A stretch of DNA of 33,088 nucleotides from Octopus bimaculoides (lineage: Eukaryota), in the NCBI RefSeq assembly GCF_001194135.2, contig NC_068981.1, positions 131,152,447 to 131,185,534 of the forward strand, read 5' to 3'. Shown piece after piece: positions 10,945-22,283 of the stretch; position 1 is the stretch's first letter, and the number at the start of each line of letters is the position of its first letter. A program made the position numbers and the translations under genes. The notes beneath the pieces were generated by a model. That model was not told the origin of the DNA. It did no database searches and saw nothing but the letters and a program-made list of their open reading frames with translations.

Positions 10945-11065
10945 GCGGTGGAAATTTATAACTTTCTTGTTATAACGTGGTTCTGGGTTCAGTCTCTCTG
11001 TGTGGCTCCTTGGGCAAGTGTCTTCTAATATAGAGCAATACCTTATGAGTGAATTCGATGAATGA
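10945..11065 (+). mobile_element. Degenerate SINE family B 5' part
   Basis: GGTTCTGGGTTCAGTC...CCTTGGGCAAGTGTCTTCTAATATAG...CCTTATGAGTGAATT. Confidence 0.65.
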
Positions 11066-11964
11066 AAAATTTCATTTCATCCGAGAGAGAAAAACCAGAT
11101 AAACAAAGAAAGAGACATGGGGGAAAAGAGGAAAGCAAGAATAAAAGATCAGAGACGAGTGAATCTATGTGTGTCTACGAGTGTGCCATTTTTTAAGAAA
11201 CCTGCGAGTATGAACAAAGATTTACCTTTACGAATAACTTTCCGGATTACATCGGAACAATTTCATTAAGTTCATTCGAACTCGAAAAAGTTTGAATTAC
11301 GTTCATTCGACTTGAAAAAAGTCTTAGAGTTCTTGGTTTGATATTCGTATTTTAGTTTTCAGCATGTATACTGTGTTTTGATTGTATTCGGAAATTAAGA
11401 GTTCTCTATTGCACCGTTCTTTTATTAATTTTGTGTTTTTTTTCCCAGTACATACATTATTATTCGCATAGATATATCTAGAAACATACCTTTAAATGCA
11501 TCCCATGAAATGTTATACATACATGCACGCACAAGCCCGCATGCACACGTTCGTACACACACAGACACACAGCCGTACGGCCTTTTTCTGTTGTATATAT
11601 ATAATTATTTTTTTCTGTTATTTTTGTTGTATACGTACAATTGTTATATTATTTTTTAATTTGTTTTGTATGTTTCTGTCTGTCTTTGTGGTATATGTTA
11701 GCTATTCCCAGTAGCTCTCTGCACTGGCGCTGTCCAGACGGAGTGTATCAATGTTAAAAGCACGAAGCCATTATGATCTCTTGGACATTGATTGATGAAG
11801 AATCAGCTGCGAATTTTCCATGTGCTATGGTTTTGCCAAATTTTCCGTTGGCTATGTTTTTGTTAAATATTTCCATGTGTTCTTTTTATTTAATCCTTGA
11901 TGTGTGTGGGGGGTGCATGCATGTACGTATGTGTGTATATGCACATATGCATACGTAGATAGAC

Positions 11965-11988
11965 AGTCAAACAGACAGAAAGACAGAC

Positions 11989-12038
<50 letters not shown>

Positions 12039-12162
12039 AATGTAATAAAATAGATGTGAAGGGGAATTGGTGTAATAATACTTAAAACATGGCCTACTCA
12101 TTGACAGACTGAGCCTAACTCATCTCTGTAGTTCATTTTTATTTTACTCTCTATCCCCACTA

Positions 12163-12247
<85 letters not shown>

Positions 12248-12560
12248 CCCTCTCTTCTTCCCTATCTCTCTCGCTCTCTCATTTCTCACTTTTACTTTCG
12301 GCTGAAAGACTCATATATATCCAATGCATCAAAGGTTTCTTTCAATCATCGTGTTTCCTTTATTTATGCTGTTATAAAAGTATAAATACACACACATACA
12401 TACACACACATACATACACACACATACATACACACACAGAGATAAATATCGATAGAGATCTAATACACCCACACCCACACACTGATATACACATATAAAC
12501 GTACATACATACATAATACGTGCATGCACACATACACACATACATACATACATACATACA

Positions 12561-12591
<31 letters not shown>

Positions 12592-12600
12592 GCATATGTA
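11965..12600. repeat. (GACA)/(GATA)n, (CT)n and (CATA)n microsatellites
   Basis: Visible. Confidence 0.92.
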
Positions 12601-13044
12601 ATGATTTTCATGCACAACAAAGCGTATATTTAAAAATCTAAGATATATTCAGATTAGCTAAGCTACAGTTTTTAAGCCGTTTTCTGTGGAAATTGAAACA
12701 GGTGTTAAACGCATTCTATTAATCTTTTCATACACAGAATATGAAAGGTTGTTTGGGCATGATTCAAAACTGTAGTTTTATTGCTTTAAATTTTATCTTA
12801 GCTTTGTATTGACACGCTGTGGTGTGCTCAAATATTTATTTATTATGTAATTACACCACGAATAAACGCATAGTATGCAAATCAGTGAGAAGAATATGGC
12901 TGAGTTGTAGTTTGTAATTGATTAAAATAACGATTTGTAATAAGTTCTCTTTCGTAGGAAGAAGAATGAGAGGAGCATGATTTATCCTCTGATGAACAGT
13001 CAACGAAATCTGTAACATAAAGAAGAAATCTTTTCTTCTTCTTC

Positions 13045-13731
13045 TGATATGCGATGTGAGGTCTTAGGATCTGGTCAACACAGTGCTGCGCTGTGATACC
13101 ATTCCCTCTGCCTGCACCAACATTTTGGAATACATGGGGCTCAATTCTTTGATTCAAGCCTATAGCATCCCCAACTATGATGCTTTGGTCACCTCACGCG
13201 TCTCTCTCCATGACATATGCGTCTCTGTAGCGTTCATCCCTCCTACGCCACATCCTCACTCTGCCACCCGAGGTGGAAACGCTGTACCGGCTCTCGTCAG
13301 AGAAGATTAACGACTACCATTGTTGATGCCGCCAATGTCGATGCTGTGTAGCCCACTGTAGTCGTGTCTGACGGTGGCGGGCGGTGAGGACAGGCCCCCG
13401 AGCAGGACGACTGCAATGCAGGTTATTGTTGGCCAGTCGACGTCGTACCGTGTCGTCGCTGATGGACCACTGTCATACGATCTGTCACGCTGGCCTGTCT
13501 GAAATGAGCACTGAGGTGTTGCAGGTTGATGAAGCGGTCCTGCCAGGGCGTGGTCACCCGGCGGCGCCCTCTGCGGGCATGGTCTGCAGTGCTGTTGGTG
13601 TTGTATCGCTGTTGCAGGTGATAGATGGTGCTGACGTGGACATTGTAAGCTTTCGCAACAACCAGAGCACGCTGGCCTGCTTGCAATCGGCCGACAGCTT
13701 GTTCTCTCCGCGTTGCTGACAAATTACGAAT
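13045..13731 (-). pseudogene. Tc1/mariner transposase remnant: N-terminal HTH region plus first catalytic Asp, 3'-truncated
   Basis: Translation: RNLSATRREQAVGRLQAGQRALVVAKAYNVHVSTIYHLQQRY..DHARRGRRRVTTPWQDRFI, a frameshift near 13470, then ISDDTVRRRL..RPARGPVLTARHRQTRLQWA..QW*SLIFSDESRY..GGRVRMWRRRDERY..ILRPHI. The FSDES motif and GRPR-like AT-hook fit the Tc1 family. Second D and E of the DDE triad are absent; in-frame stops; no TIRs seen. Confidence 0.9.
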
Positions 13732-13949
13732 AAATTTTATTCCAGCCACAAAGGCCAAACATAGAGGGGACAGTACAAATGAATTCAGGGTCTCGGTATC
13801 AGATGATATTACACAAAAATGCATTAAAACATTTTGTGATAATATAAAACGTATGAAGGGACAGACAAAAAAATCACAACACAAAAGAGTGGAGGAACTA
13901 TTCCGACCCTGCAAGACACGTTCTACCACTGAGCCTTTTTGTTTTACTT

Positions 13950-16094
13950 TTTCCGGGATAGTGCTCACGTTGGACCTTTCATTCCCAACATGCGAACCAC
14001 CTGGATCCATCTTTTACCGAACCTATCCGATGACAGGCACTTCTTTTCTAACCTTATCTTCCTTCGTAGAAGAAAAACAAAAAGTTGGTCAATCCTTGGT
14101 CAGAAATGGAAGTGCCTATCACCAATCCGTTCATACGTGTTCTCCATACAGCCTCTTTCGCTATAGCGGCCACAACGAGAGAACAAACCTTACCTTCTCT
14201 GCTCAGAGAGGGAGGTGGAACGATCTTTATAACAGACTAGGACGACATCTGTACTCTTCCAAGCCTAGACATCAGTCGTTCAACACAAACCCACAGCTCC
14301 GAAATTTTCGCACACTGCCAAAATGCGCGCAGAACAGTTTCACCGTCCCGCCCACATCTTGGGCAGGCGGTTGAGCATGAGGCACCGTGCCTTGCGAGTT
14401 TATCGTGAACTGGTAAGGCTCCTCGGTAACATTACCAGTCTAAGGACCTCTGGAAGTTGTCCAAGGGTCCAGGCCCGAACGTACTTTGGAACAGGCTGGC
14501 CAGTTGGCCTTCGTCGAAGCCCAGAGTTTCTCCCAGGGCGTCATCACACTTGGCCTCTACCAACCCTCTATAGANNNNNNNNNNNNNNNNNNNNNNNNNN
14601 NNNNNNNNNNNNNNNNNNNNNNNNNNNNNNNNNNNNNNNNNNNNNNNNNNNNNNNNNNNNNNNNNNNNNNNNNNAACACAAGCCAGTAGGTGCCCAAACA
14701 AGTCTGGCATACTATAATAGAATTAGTAGGGAAGACCATCCAGTCCCGGCGACCTGTTCCCGCGACACTCCGACAAGATGTCCTCTACTTCCGCAGCTGT
14801 GATCGGTCCTTCACAGCATTCCGCATACCACCCCGAGAGACGCGGCAAACCGGCGAGGAAGTCCGTAGGTTCCACCCTGCACTCCGGTCCGCCGCTCCTC
14901 CCGAAATGCTGGCGGAAATGCTCGTAAAAAAACGTTGCACATCTCCTCGGATTCATTTACCAATTGTCCTTGGTTGTTCGTCATAGACCTTATTCTGGCA
15001 TCGTTGCCATGTTGGGCTTCTACCACACGGGCCCATCTCGCAGCGTTGATTCCTTCTCGACTCATTGCACGAACCTTAGACCTTGGTGTTTAGCCTCGAG
15101 GTGTTGATTGAGCGCCAATCTCGATGCCAACACTTGGTCTGCACTGCCTCTCTTCAATGCTTCTTCTAAGGCCTTAACTAAGTTCCTTTCTTTTCTATTC
15201 TTCTTAGCAGCTAATTCCTTACTAAATCTAATGGACTCAATTTTTATGGCTCTTTTCAGGGCTCTCCACCATTTGTTGTTAATAATAGCGCCTGTGAGAG
15301 CCCTCTTTACAAACTGACTATTTCGGTTCCTGTACTCCTCCCAGGTCAAAAGCGACCTGTTGAGTTTCCAGTAGCCGGGGCTTTGTCTACATATTCTATC
15401 TAATACAAGCTTACACGACACGAGTTTGTGGTCGCTGTAGCTAACAAGGTGGAATTGTGGACAACTACCTATCTCCTTGTCTTTCCGTCTAACTAAAATT
15501 CAATCTAAATAAGATCTAGAAGATCCGTCGCTTATCATCCAGGTCCACACTGGAGCGTTCGGAAATTCTAGTCTGTACCGATCTGCCACCTGAAAGCGAC
15601 TGAGCAGATCGGGAGGCATGGGTTTCCTCTTCTATTCGGATTTTTGAGCCAACACAATCTACGCGTGCATTGCAGATTGAGTTAATGTCAACTAGCAGTA
15701 CTAAAGTGTGAGACGTGCCTAGGAAATTTTCTAGGATTCTAAGAAAATCAGATTGTCCAGCCCCGCAGGGGGCATAGACACCTACCAGCCTGAAAGTCTT
15801 ACCGCTGGTTGTCACGTCAAGAACGACTAGCCTGCCTTCCGGGTCGATAAAGATCGTTGTAGTCTCGGAAACCTGAGTAGGATCGCGACACCCCCCTCCC
15901 CCCGACTGGCTTGCAGAAATAAATTTCTCGTAGCAGTTCAGGAGTGGGGAAAGGGCCCGCAACCCACTCAGCCTGGTCTCCGTGGCCACTATTACATCCA
16001 GACTATGTGACCTGAGGTCATTAAGAAAGCGACCTTGCTTCCAATCCGACCCCAGGTCACGATCATTTAAACATCCTACTGTGAGCGAAACCAT
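13950..16094 (-). pseudogene. ORF2 (AP endonuclease, RT region, C-terminal zinc-binding motif), with stops and frameshifts; RT core missing at gap 14575-14674
   Basis: MVSLTVGCLN..VATETR..LVGVYAP..SDHKLV..PGYWKLNRSLL..SPGLDGLPY*FYYSMPDLFGHLL, then the gap, then YRGALPVHDKLARHG..CPRCGRDGETVLRAFWQC..AKEAVWRTR. Confidence 0.85.
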
Positions 16095-16126
16095 GAAATG
16101 TGGCTTACCTTTCGAAGGAGAAGGGA

Positions 16127-16974
16127 TTATAATCCCCTCTCTCTATCTTCCGTGTCTTGCGGAGTCTTTTCGACTAGGCCCTCGTACATGGACTTGCAAA
16201 AGTCCATTCTTGGAGGGCCTATGTCTTTCGAGTGGTAGCTATGCAATATATTGTAATTTTCCCTGTCGAGTTCATAGATTACAATTCCTTCCGGCAGAGT
16301 AGTATAATGACTGGTGTATTCTTTTGCGGTTGGAGTGTTTTTAAGTCTGTTCATTAATGCCTGGTTGTTCTCATTCACTGCTATCAAGCTCGTTTCTAGT
16401 TTGGAGGGGAAATATTTCCCGGGACTGGGAGGGGTAGACTCTACAGGTTTATTTCTTCGTTCGTGTTTGGGATGAAGGGGGTTGTTTGTATGTCATGTGA
16501 GTCTGCGGGTGGGGGAGTTTTTTTTTTCTTTTGCTGGAGCTGGAAGTGGAAGCGGACGACTGGAGACAAGAGACTTAGCACAGAAGTATTGTGGGGTTGG
16601 CAATTTTTCTCTTGGGGACTTTTTTCCTTTTTATGGGTTACATTAGTCCATCCTTCTTTATCTTCCTTGTTTTCGATTAATGGTGTGGTCACTTCTTCTA
16701 TGACCTCTGATGGAGACTCTGCTGGCGGCGCTGTTTCTCCTTTTAGGACGGGGCAGTTTACCCGTATGTGGCCTTTTTCGCCACATTCGAAGCACTGTGG
16801 CCTCCTGCCCTTCGCCGTCACCTTCAACATAGTTTCGTCACTAATCACGATGTTTTCTGCAATCTCTTCAAGAGTTTGTTGAGCTGCTTGGATTATGATC
16901 TCTAGCCCGTGTCCCTTCCAACATTGCTGCTCTATTTTAACCTCCACGAGATGCACGTGCATTTCGGTTTTCAT
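16127..16974 (-). pseudogene. ORF1/gag-like fragments with a CX2CX4HX4C zinc knuckle
   Basis: CFECGEKGHIRVNC in ORF 16441-16974, followed by a low-complexity E/K/P/T segment; interrupted by a stop before ORF 16127-16387. Confidence 0.7.
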
Positions 16975-17547
16975 GACAATTATTTGCGACTGCTACCCAC
17001 GGCATTCAACGCAGCTGCGTTTTGGCGTCTCGTTTCAGAGAAGCTGAAAGGTTACCAGCAATTTCGGTCTCAGCCATAAACCTGCTTTTCTTGGAATATT
17101 TACACTTACATATACACACGCACGCACGCACACACACACACACACACTTATATGTATATATATNNNNNNNNNNNNNNNNNNNNNNNNNNNNNNNNNNNNN
17201 NNNNNNNNNNNNNNNNNNNNNNNNNNNNNNNNNNNNNNNNNNNNNNNNNNNNNNNNNNNNNNNNNNNNNNNNNNNNNNNNNNNNNNNNNNNNNNNNNNNN
17301 NNNNNNNNNNNNNNNNNNNNNNNNNNNNNNNNNNNNNNNNNNNNNNNNNNNNNNNNNNNNNNNNNNNNNNNNNNNNNNNNNNNNNNNNNNNNNNNNNNNN
17401 NNNNNNNNNNNNNNNNNNNNNNNNNNNNNNNNNNNNNNNNNNNNNNNNNNNNNNNNNNNNNNNNNNNNNNNNNNNNNNNNNNNNNNNNNNNNNNNNNNNN
17501 NNNNNNNNNNNNNNNNNNNNNNNNNNNNNNNNNNNNNNNNNNNNNNN

Positions 17548-17660
17548 CAAGGCTTTGGTTAGCTTGAGGTTATAGTAGATGACACTTGCTTAAGGTGCCA
17601 CGCAGTGTGACTGAACTCGGAACAATGTGGTTGGGAAGCAAACTTCTTACCACTCAGCCA
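17548..17660 (-). mobile_element. SINE family B 5' part
   Basis: CAAGGCTTTGG...GGTGCCACGCAGTG...TGTGGTTGGGAAGCAAACTTCTTACCAC is the reverse complement of 4130-4245. Confidence 0.85.
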
Positions 17661-17690
17661 AACTTGGATGTATATATATATAAATATACA

Positions 17691-17747
<57 letters not shown>

Positions 17748-17749
17748 CA

Positions 17750-17923
17750 ATGGCTGCCACTCACAGTTTCCGTATAGCAAATTCGCTCGCATGGTATAAG
17801 TTGGCTTGATGCTATATGGTGCTATATGGAAGACACTTACTCAAGGTGCCGCCCAGTGGTTCTAAACTGGAAACCATATGGTTGGAAAGTAAGCTTCTTT
17901 ACCATGCATCCATGTTTGCGCCT
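17750..17923 (-). mobile_element. SINE family B 5' part, more diverged
   Basis: CAGTTTCCGT...GAAGACACTTACTCAAGGTGCC...TGGTTGGAAAGTAAGCTTCTTTACCA...GCGCCT. Confidence 0.75.
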
Positions 17924-19489
17924 ATGATTTACAGACTACAAAAATACATATATATATAACTGAACATTTCAAAAGGAGTTTAAAAAATTTTCTATTGCAC
18001 TACGCTATAATTTAAATATGTTGTAATTGCGGACGACTGGAGACAAGAGACTTAGCGCAGAAGTATTGTTTATTAAGAACCTTATTATTGTCAAATTTTA
18101 ATTGTTAATTGTTCATTAAGGTCTTTTGTTCGTGGTCAAAAGACTCCGTAATATTTTTGCGTTGTAAAATTATTAAGATAACCTAATATTAAATTTTTCT
18201 TTCCTAAATTCAGTTTGTTTATTCTCTTATTGGTGTATGCGTGCCGTCAATAATGACGTCAAATATGTTTAGCTTAATTGGATCTATTTTAAAACGGGGG
18301 CCACATTTTTCATTAATGTTTTACGTAGTGTTTTTGGTACCGAAAGACTTTCAAACTTCGTATACTTATCTATTTTGTGTTATAGAACAGAAAAATATTT
18401 TTGTATTCGAATTTATTTCATGTAAAAAATTGTCTTATTTCGATAACTTCAACCAATCACTGACAAGTATTCAGTTGTTTACATTTACTCCTTTGGCTGA
18501 TTAAGCGGTGTAAAGCGTATTTAATTTCCATAGCTTCGTTTTTNNNNNNNNNNNNNNNNNNNNNNNNNNNNNNNNNNNNNNNNNNNNNNNNNNNNNNNNN
18601 NNNNNNNNNNNNNNNNNNNNNNNNNNNNNNNNNNNNNNNNNNNNNNNNNNNNNNNNNNNNNNNNNNNNNNNNNNNNNNNNNNNNNNNNNNNNNNNNNNNN
18701 NNNNNNNNNNNNNNNNNNNNNNNNNNNNNNNNNNNNNNNNNNNNNNNNNNNNNNNNNNNNNNNNNNNNNNNNNNNNNNNNNNNNNNNNNNNNNNNNNNNN
18801 NNNNNNNNNNNNNNNNNNNNNNNNNNNNNNNNNNNNNNNNNNNNNNNNNNNNNNNNNNNNNNNNNNNNNNNNNNNNNNNNNNNNNNNNNNNNNNNNNNNN
18901 NNNNNNNNNNNNNNNNNNNNNNNNNNNNNNNNNNNNNNNNNNNNNNNNNNNNNNNNNNNNNNNNNNNNNNNNNNNNNNNNNNNNNNNNNNNNNNNNNNNN
19001 NNNNNNNNNNNNNNNNNNNNNNNNNNNNNNNNNNNNNNNNNNNNNNNNNNNNNNNNNNNNNNNNNNNNNNNNNNNNNNNNNNNNNNNNNNNNNNNNNNNN
19101 NNNNNNNNNNNNNNNNNNNNNNNNNNNNNNNNNNNNNNNNNNNNNNNNNNNNNNNNNNNNNNNNNNNNNNNNNNNNNNNNNNNNNNNNNNNNNNNNNNNN
19201 NNNNNNNNNNNNNNNNNNNNNNNNNNNNNNNNNNNNNNNNNNNNNNNNNNNNNNNNNNNNNNNNNNNNNNNNNNNNTATATATATATATATATGTATATA
19301 TAAATGTATATATATATATATGTATGTATATATATGTGTCTGTATATGTATATAAATGTATAGGTAGGTGTAAACGTCTATCTAACGGCCTATCTATCTA
19401 TACACGCGCGCGCACTCACATACACGTACACACTCTCACACAAACACTCACACGCACAAACACACACACACACACACACACATATGACA

Positions 19490-19620
19490 TCTCTTACCGT
19501 TTGAGTCATTGGACTGCGGCCATACTAGAGATGTTTAGTCGAACATATCAAGCCGTACTTAAAAAAAAAAAACCTGGTCCTCATTCTATTATATTTTCTT
19601 ATGCAGAACCGTTAAGTTAT
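19490..19620 (-). mobile_element. SINE family B 3' part
   Basis: GAGTCATTGGACTGCGGCCATACTAGAG..TTTAGTCGAAC..CATTCTAT..GCAGAACCGTTAAGTTA. Confidence 0.65.
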
Positions 19621-19980
19621 ACTCTCTCCCTCTCTCTTTCCCTTCCTCCCTCTCGCTCTCTCTCCCCATATATATATATATATATAAGTGTATAAAAGTA
19701 GATTCGTCATTTAATTGGAGGTTTCCAAAAATGATTTCTAATGTTGATACTTCATACTTTGCTGGGAGTTTACAGGCGTAAATTTGCGAAGATATGAAAG
19801 TAGTACTTGTTTACAATATATGGTGGATTCAAGGAATGAAGTTCCATAAATCCCATCAATTTTATTAATTTTAATTCAATCATTATATTATTATTATTAT
19901 TATTATTATATCTATGTACGAAACGATCGTCTGCAAGAATTAAACTTCTTATAATTTTTAACAACTTGTCTTATATATAT

Positions 19981-20016
<36 letters not shown>

Positions 20017-20517
20017 GTGTGTATGTATATATACATATAATTAAATATATATATATATATATATATAAAAACAAAAGTAAATGAGTATATGCATATATAC
20101 GTACAGGTATGTGCATACCGACATCCACCTGTATGTATAGGTGCATATCTGGGTACAGGACATTGCAAACAAACGTAGACGAGAACACACGAGTCACATA
20201 GAGAACATTCTACTTCNNNNNNNNNNNNNNNNNNNNNNNNNNNNNNNNNNNNNNNNNNNNNNNNNNNNNNNNNNNNNNNNNNNNNNNNNNNNNNNNNNNN
20301 NNNNNNNNNNNNNNNNNNNNNNNNNNNNNNNNNNNNNNNNNNNNNNNNNNNNNNNNNNNNNNNNNNNNNNNNNNNNNNNNNNNNNNNNNNNNNNNNNNNN
20401 NNNNNNNNNNNNNNNNNNNNNNNNNNNNNNNNNNNNNNNNNNNNNNNNNNNNNNNNNNNNNNNNNNNNNNNNNNNNNNNNNNNNNNNNNNNNNNNNNNNN
20501 NNNNNNNNNNNNNNNNN

Positions 20518-21729
20518 ACTAACTACCTGTATACATACGTACTTGCATACATATATATACATACAAACACATACGCATACATAAACACACACACACACAT
20601 ATCTGCTTATCTACTTATCTACCTATCTATCTACATACATATATATGTACATACAAACATACACACATACATACATACATACATACATACACACACACAT
20701 TACTTACCTACCAACCTACGAGCCTACCCTACACTGATACATACACATGTAGATACATATATACATATACATATATAGCTACATACATAAATGCACACAC
20801 ATATATGCCCACGTACCTACATACATACATACCTACATACATAGATACCTACATACATACATACATACATACATACATACATACATGCATATACGCAGTT
20901 GACGCATATAGACACTGTTGCACATGCACAAATATATTCATATTCATGTATACGCAGGAGCTTCTTACGACACAGTTGTTCGCACGCACTCACACACATC
21001 CAATAATTCACGTGCACATATATACAGAGAGAGACACGTACACAAACATGGATATGTCATACACAAAAGCGCTGCAGGTAAAAGCGAAAGAACAACCACG
21101 CACCTGGAGATGCACATGCAAAATCACGCACGTACATCAGTATGCACGCACACGTCTCGTACGTGTATATGTATACACACTCCATAATAACTCACAGAGT
21201 TTATATAAATTCACATATATAGTTTTCACCCATAAACTGAAACATACAGAAATTGCTCATACTATCACAGGTATATACACAAACATACACACATACACAC
21301 ATACACACACAGGACAAGATTACGTAATATTATAATAATCATCCAAATTAATAAAAATGAAAATAGAATGTTGCGTTGTGTCTATAGAAGATTTCATGTA
21401 CAAACTTCTGTGTATAACCCGATGTTTATTCAAAGCAGTCGCTATTTAATTTACTAAATCGTCTGGCCAGTGGAATTATTTTTCAGAAAAAAAAATACAA
21501 AACATGATTTCTATGGTTAACTGATATACATACGTGCACGTACACATGCATGCACACATACATACATACATACATACATACATACATACATACATACATG
21601 CATATATGCATACATACATATATATGTATATATATATATATATACTCTGTAATTTTTACCGTACTTTTTACACACTTTAGAGACTGAAAACTATAAATTT
21701 CTTAATTGATTCTTGAAGGAATTGAACAC

Positions 21730-21779
<50 letters not shown>
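20518..21779. repeat. Degenerate (CATA)/(CA)/(TA) microsatellite field between gaps
   Basis: Visible low-complexity C/A/T periodicity. Confidence 0.8.
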
Positions 21780-22243
21780 NNNNNNNNNNNNNNNNNNNNN
21801 NNNNNNNNNNNNNNNNNNNNNNNNNNNNNNNNNNNNNNNNNNNNNNNNNNNNNNNNNNNNNNNNNNNNNNNNNNNNNNNNNNNNNNNNNNNNNNNNNNNN
21901 NNNNNNNNNNNNNNNNNNNNNNNNNNNNNNNNNNNNNNNNNNNNNNNNNNNNNNNNNNNNNNNNNNNNNNNNNNNNNNNNNNNNNNNNNNNNNNNNNNNN
22001 NNNNNNNNNNNNNNNNNNNNNNNNNNNNNNNNNNNNNNNNNNNNNNNNNNNNNNNNNNNNNNNNNNNNNNNNNNNNNNNNNNNNNNNNNNNNNNNNNNNN
22101 NNNNNNNNNNNNNNNNNNNNNNNNNNNNNNNNNNNNNNNNNNNNNNNNNNNNNNNNNNNNNNNNNNNNNNNNNNNNNNNNNNNNNNNNNNNNNNNNNNNN
22201 NNNNNNNNNNNNNNNNNNNNNNNNNNNNNNNNNNNNNNNNNNN

Positions 22244-22283
<40 letters not shown>

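Larger units (their letters stand above)
13735..17100 (-). mobile_element. L1/Tx1-like non-LTR retrotransposon, decayed (ORF1 region, ORF2, 3' UTR ending in AATAAA)
   Basis: ORF1-like region has a CCHC knuckle. ORF2 has APE motifs, GYWKLN..LL, SPGLDGLPY and a C-terminal Cys motif. AATAAA at 13741-13736 (-). The 5' boundary is approximate, and linkage of ORF1 to ORF2 is inferred from adjacency. Confidence 0.85.

Noticed and set aside
10744-11028. Protein-looking open frame (..DTDTRWSIKIRNLHSENEWKKEMFDVSDIYYNN..)
   Set aside because: No recognisable domain, no clear splice sites, and the 3' part runs into a family B SINE.
12738-13011. Two exon-like pieces after good acceptors (TTTTCATACACAG at 12737, TTCTCTTTCGTAG at 12957) encoding YERLFGHDSK and EEE*EEHDLSSDEQ
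   Set aside because: Donor sites are weak (GTAGTT, GTAACA) and the acidic frame has an in-frame stop; at best a decayed spliced fragment.
20100-20216. Possible Penelope-type terminal repeat fragment
   Set aside because: Based only on vague recall; any diagnostic motif would fall in gap 20217-20517.
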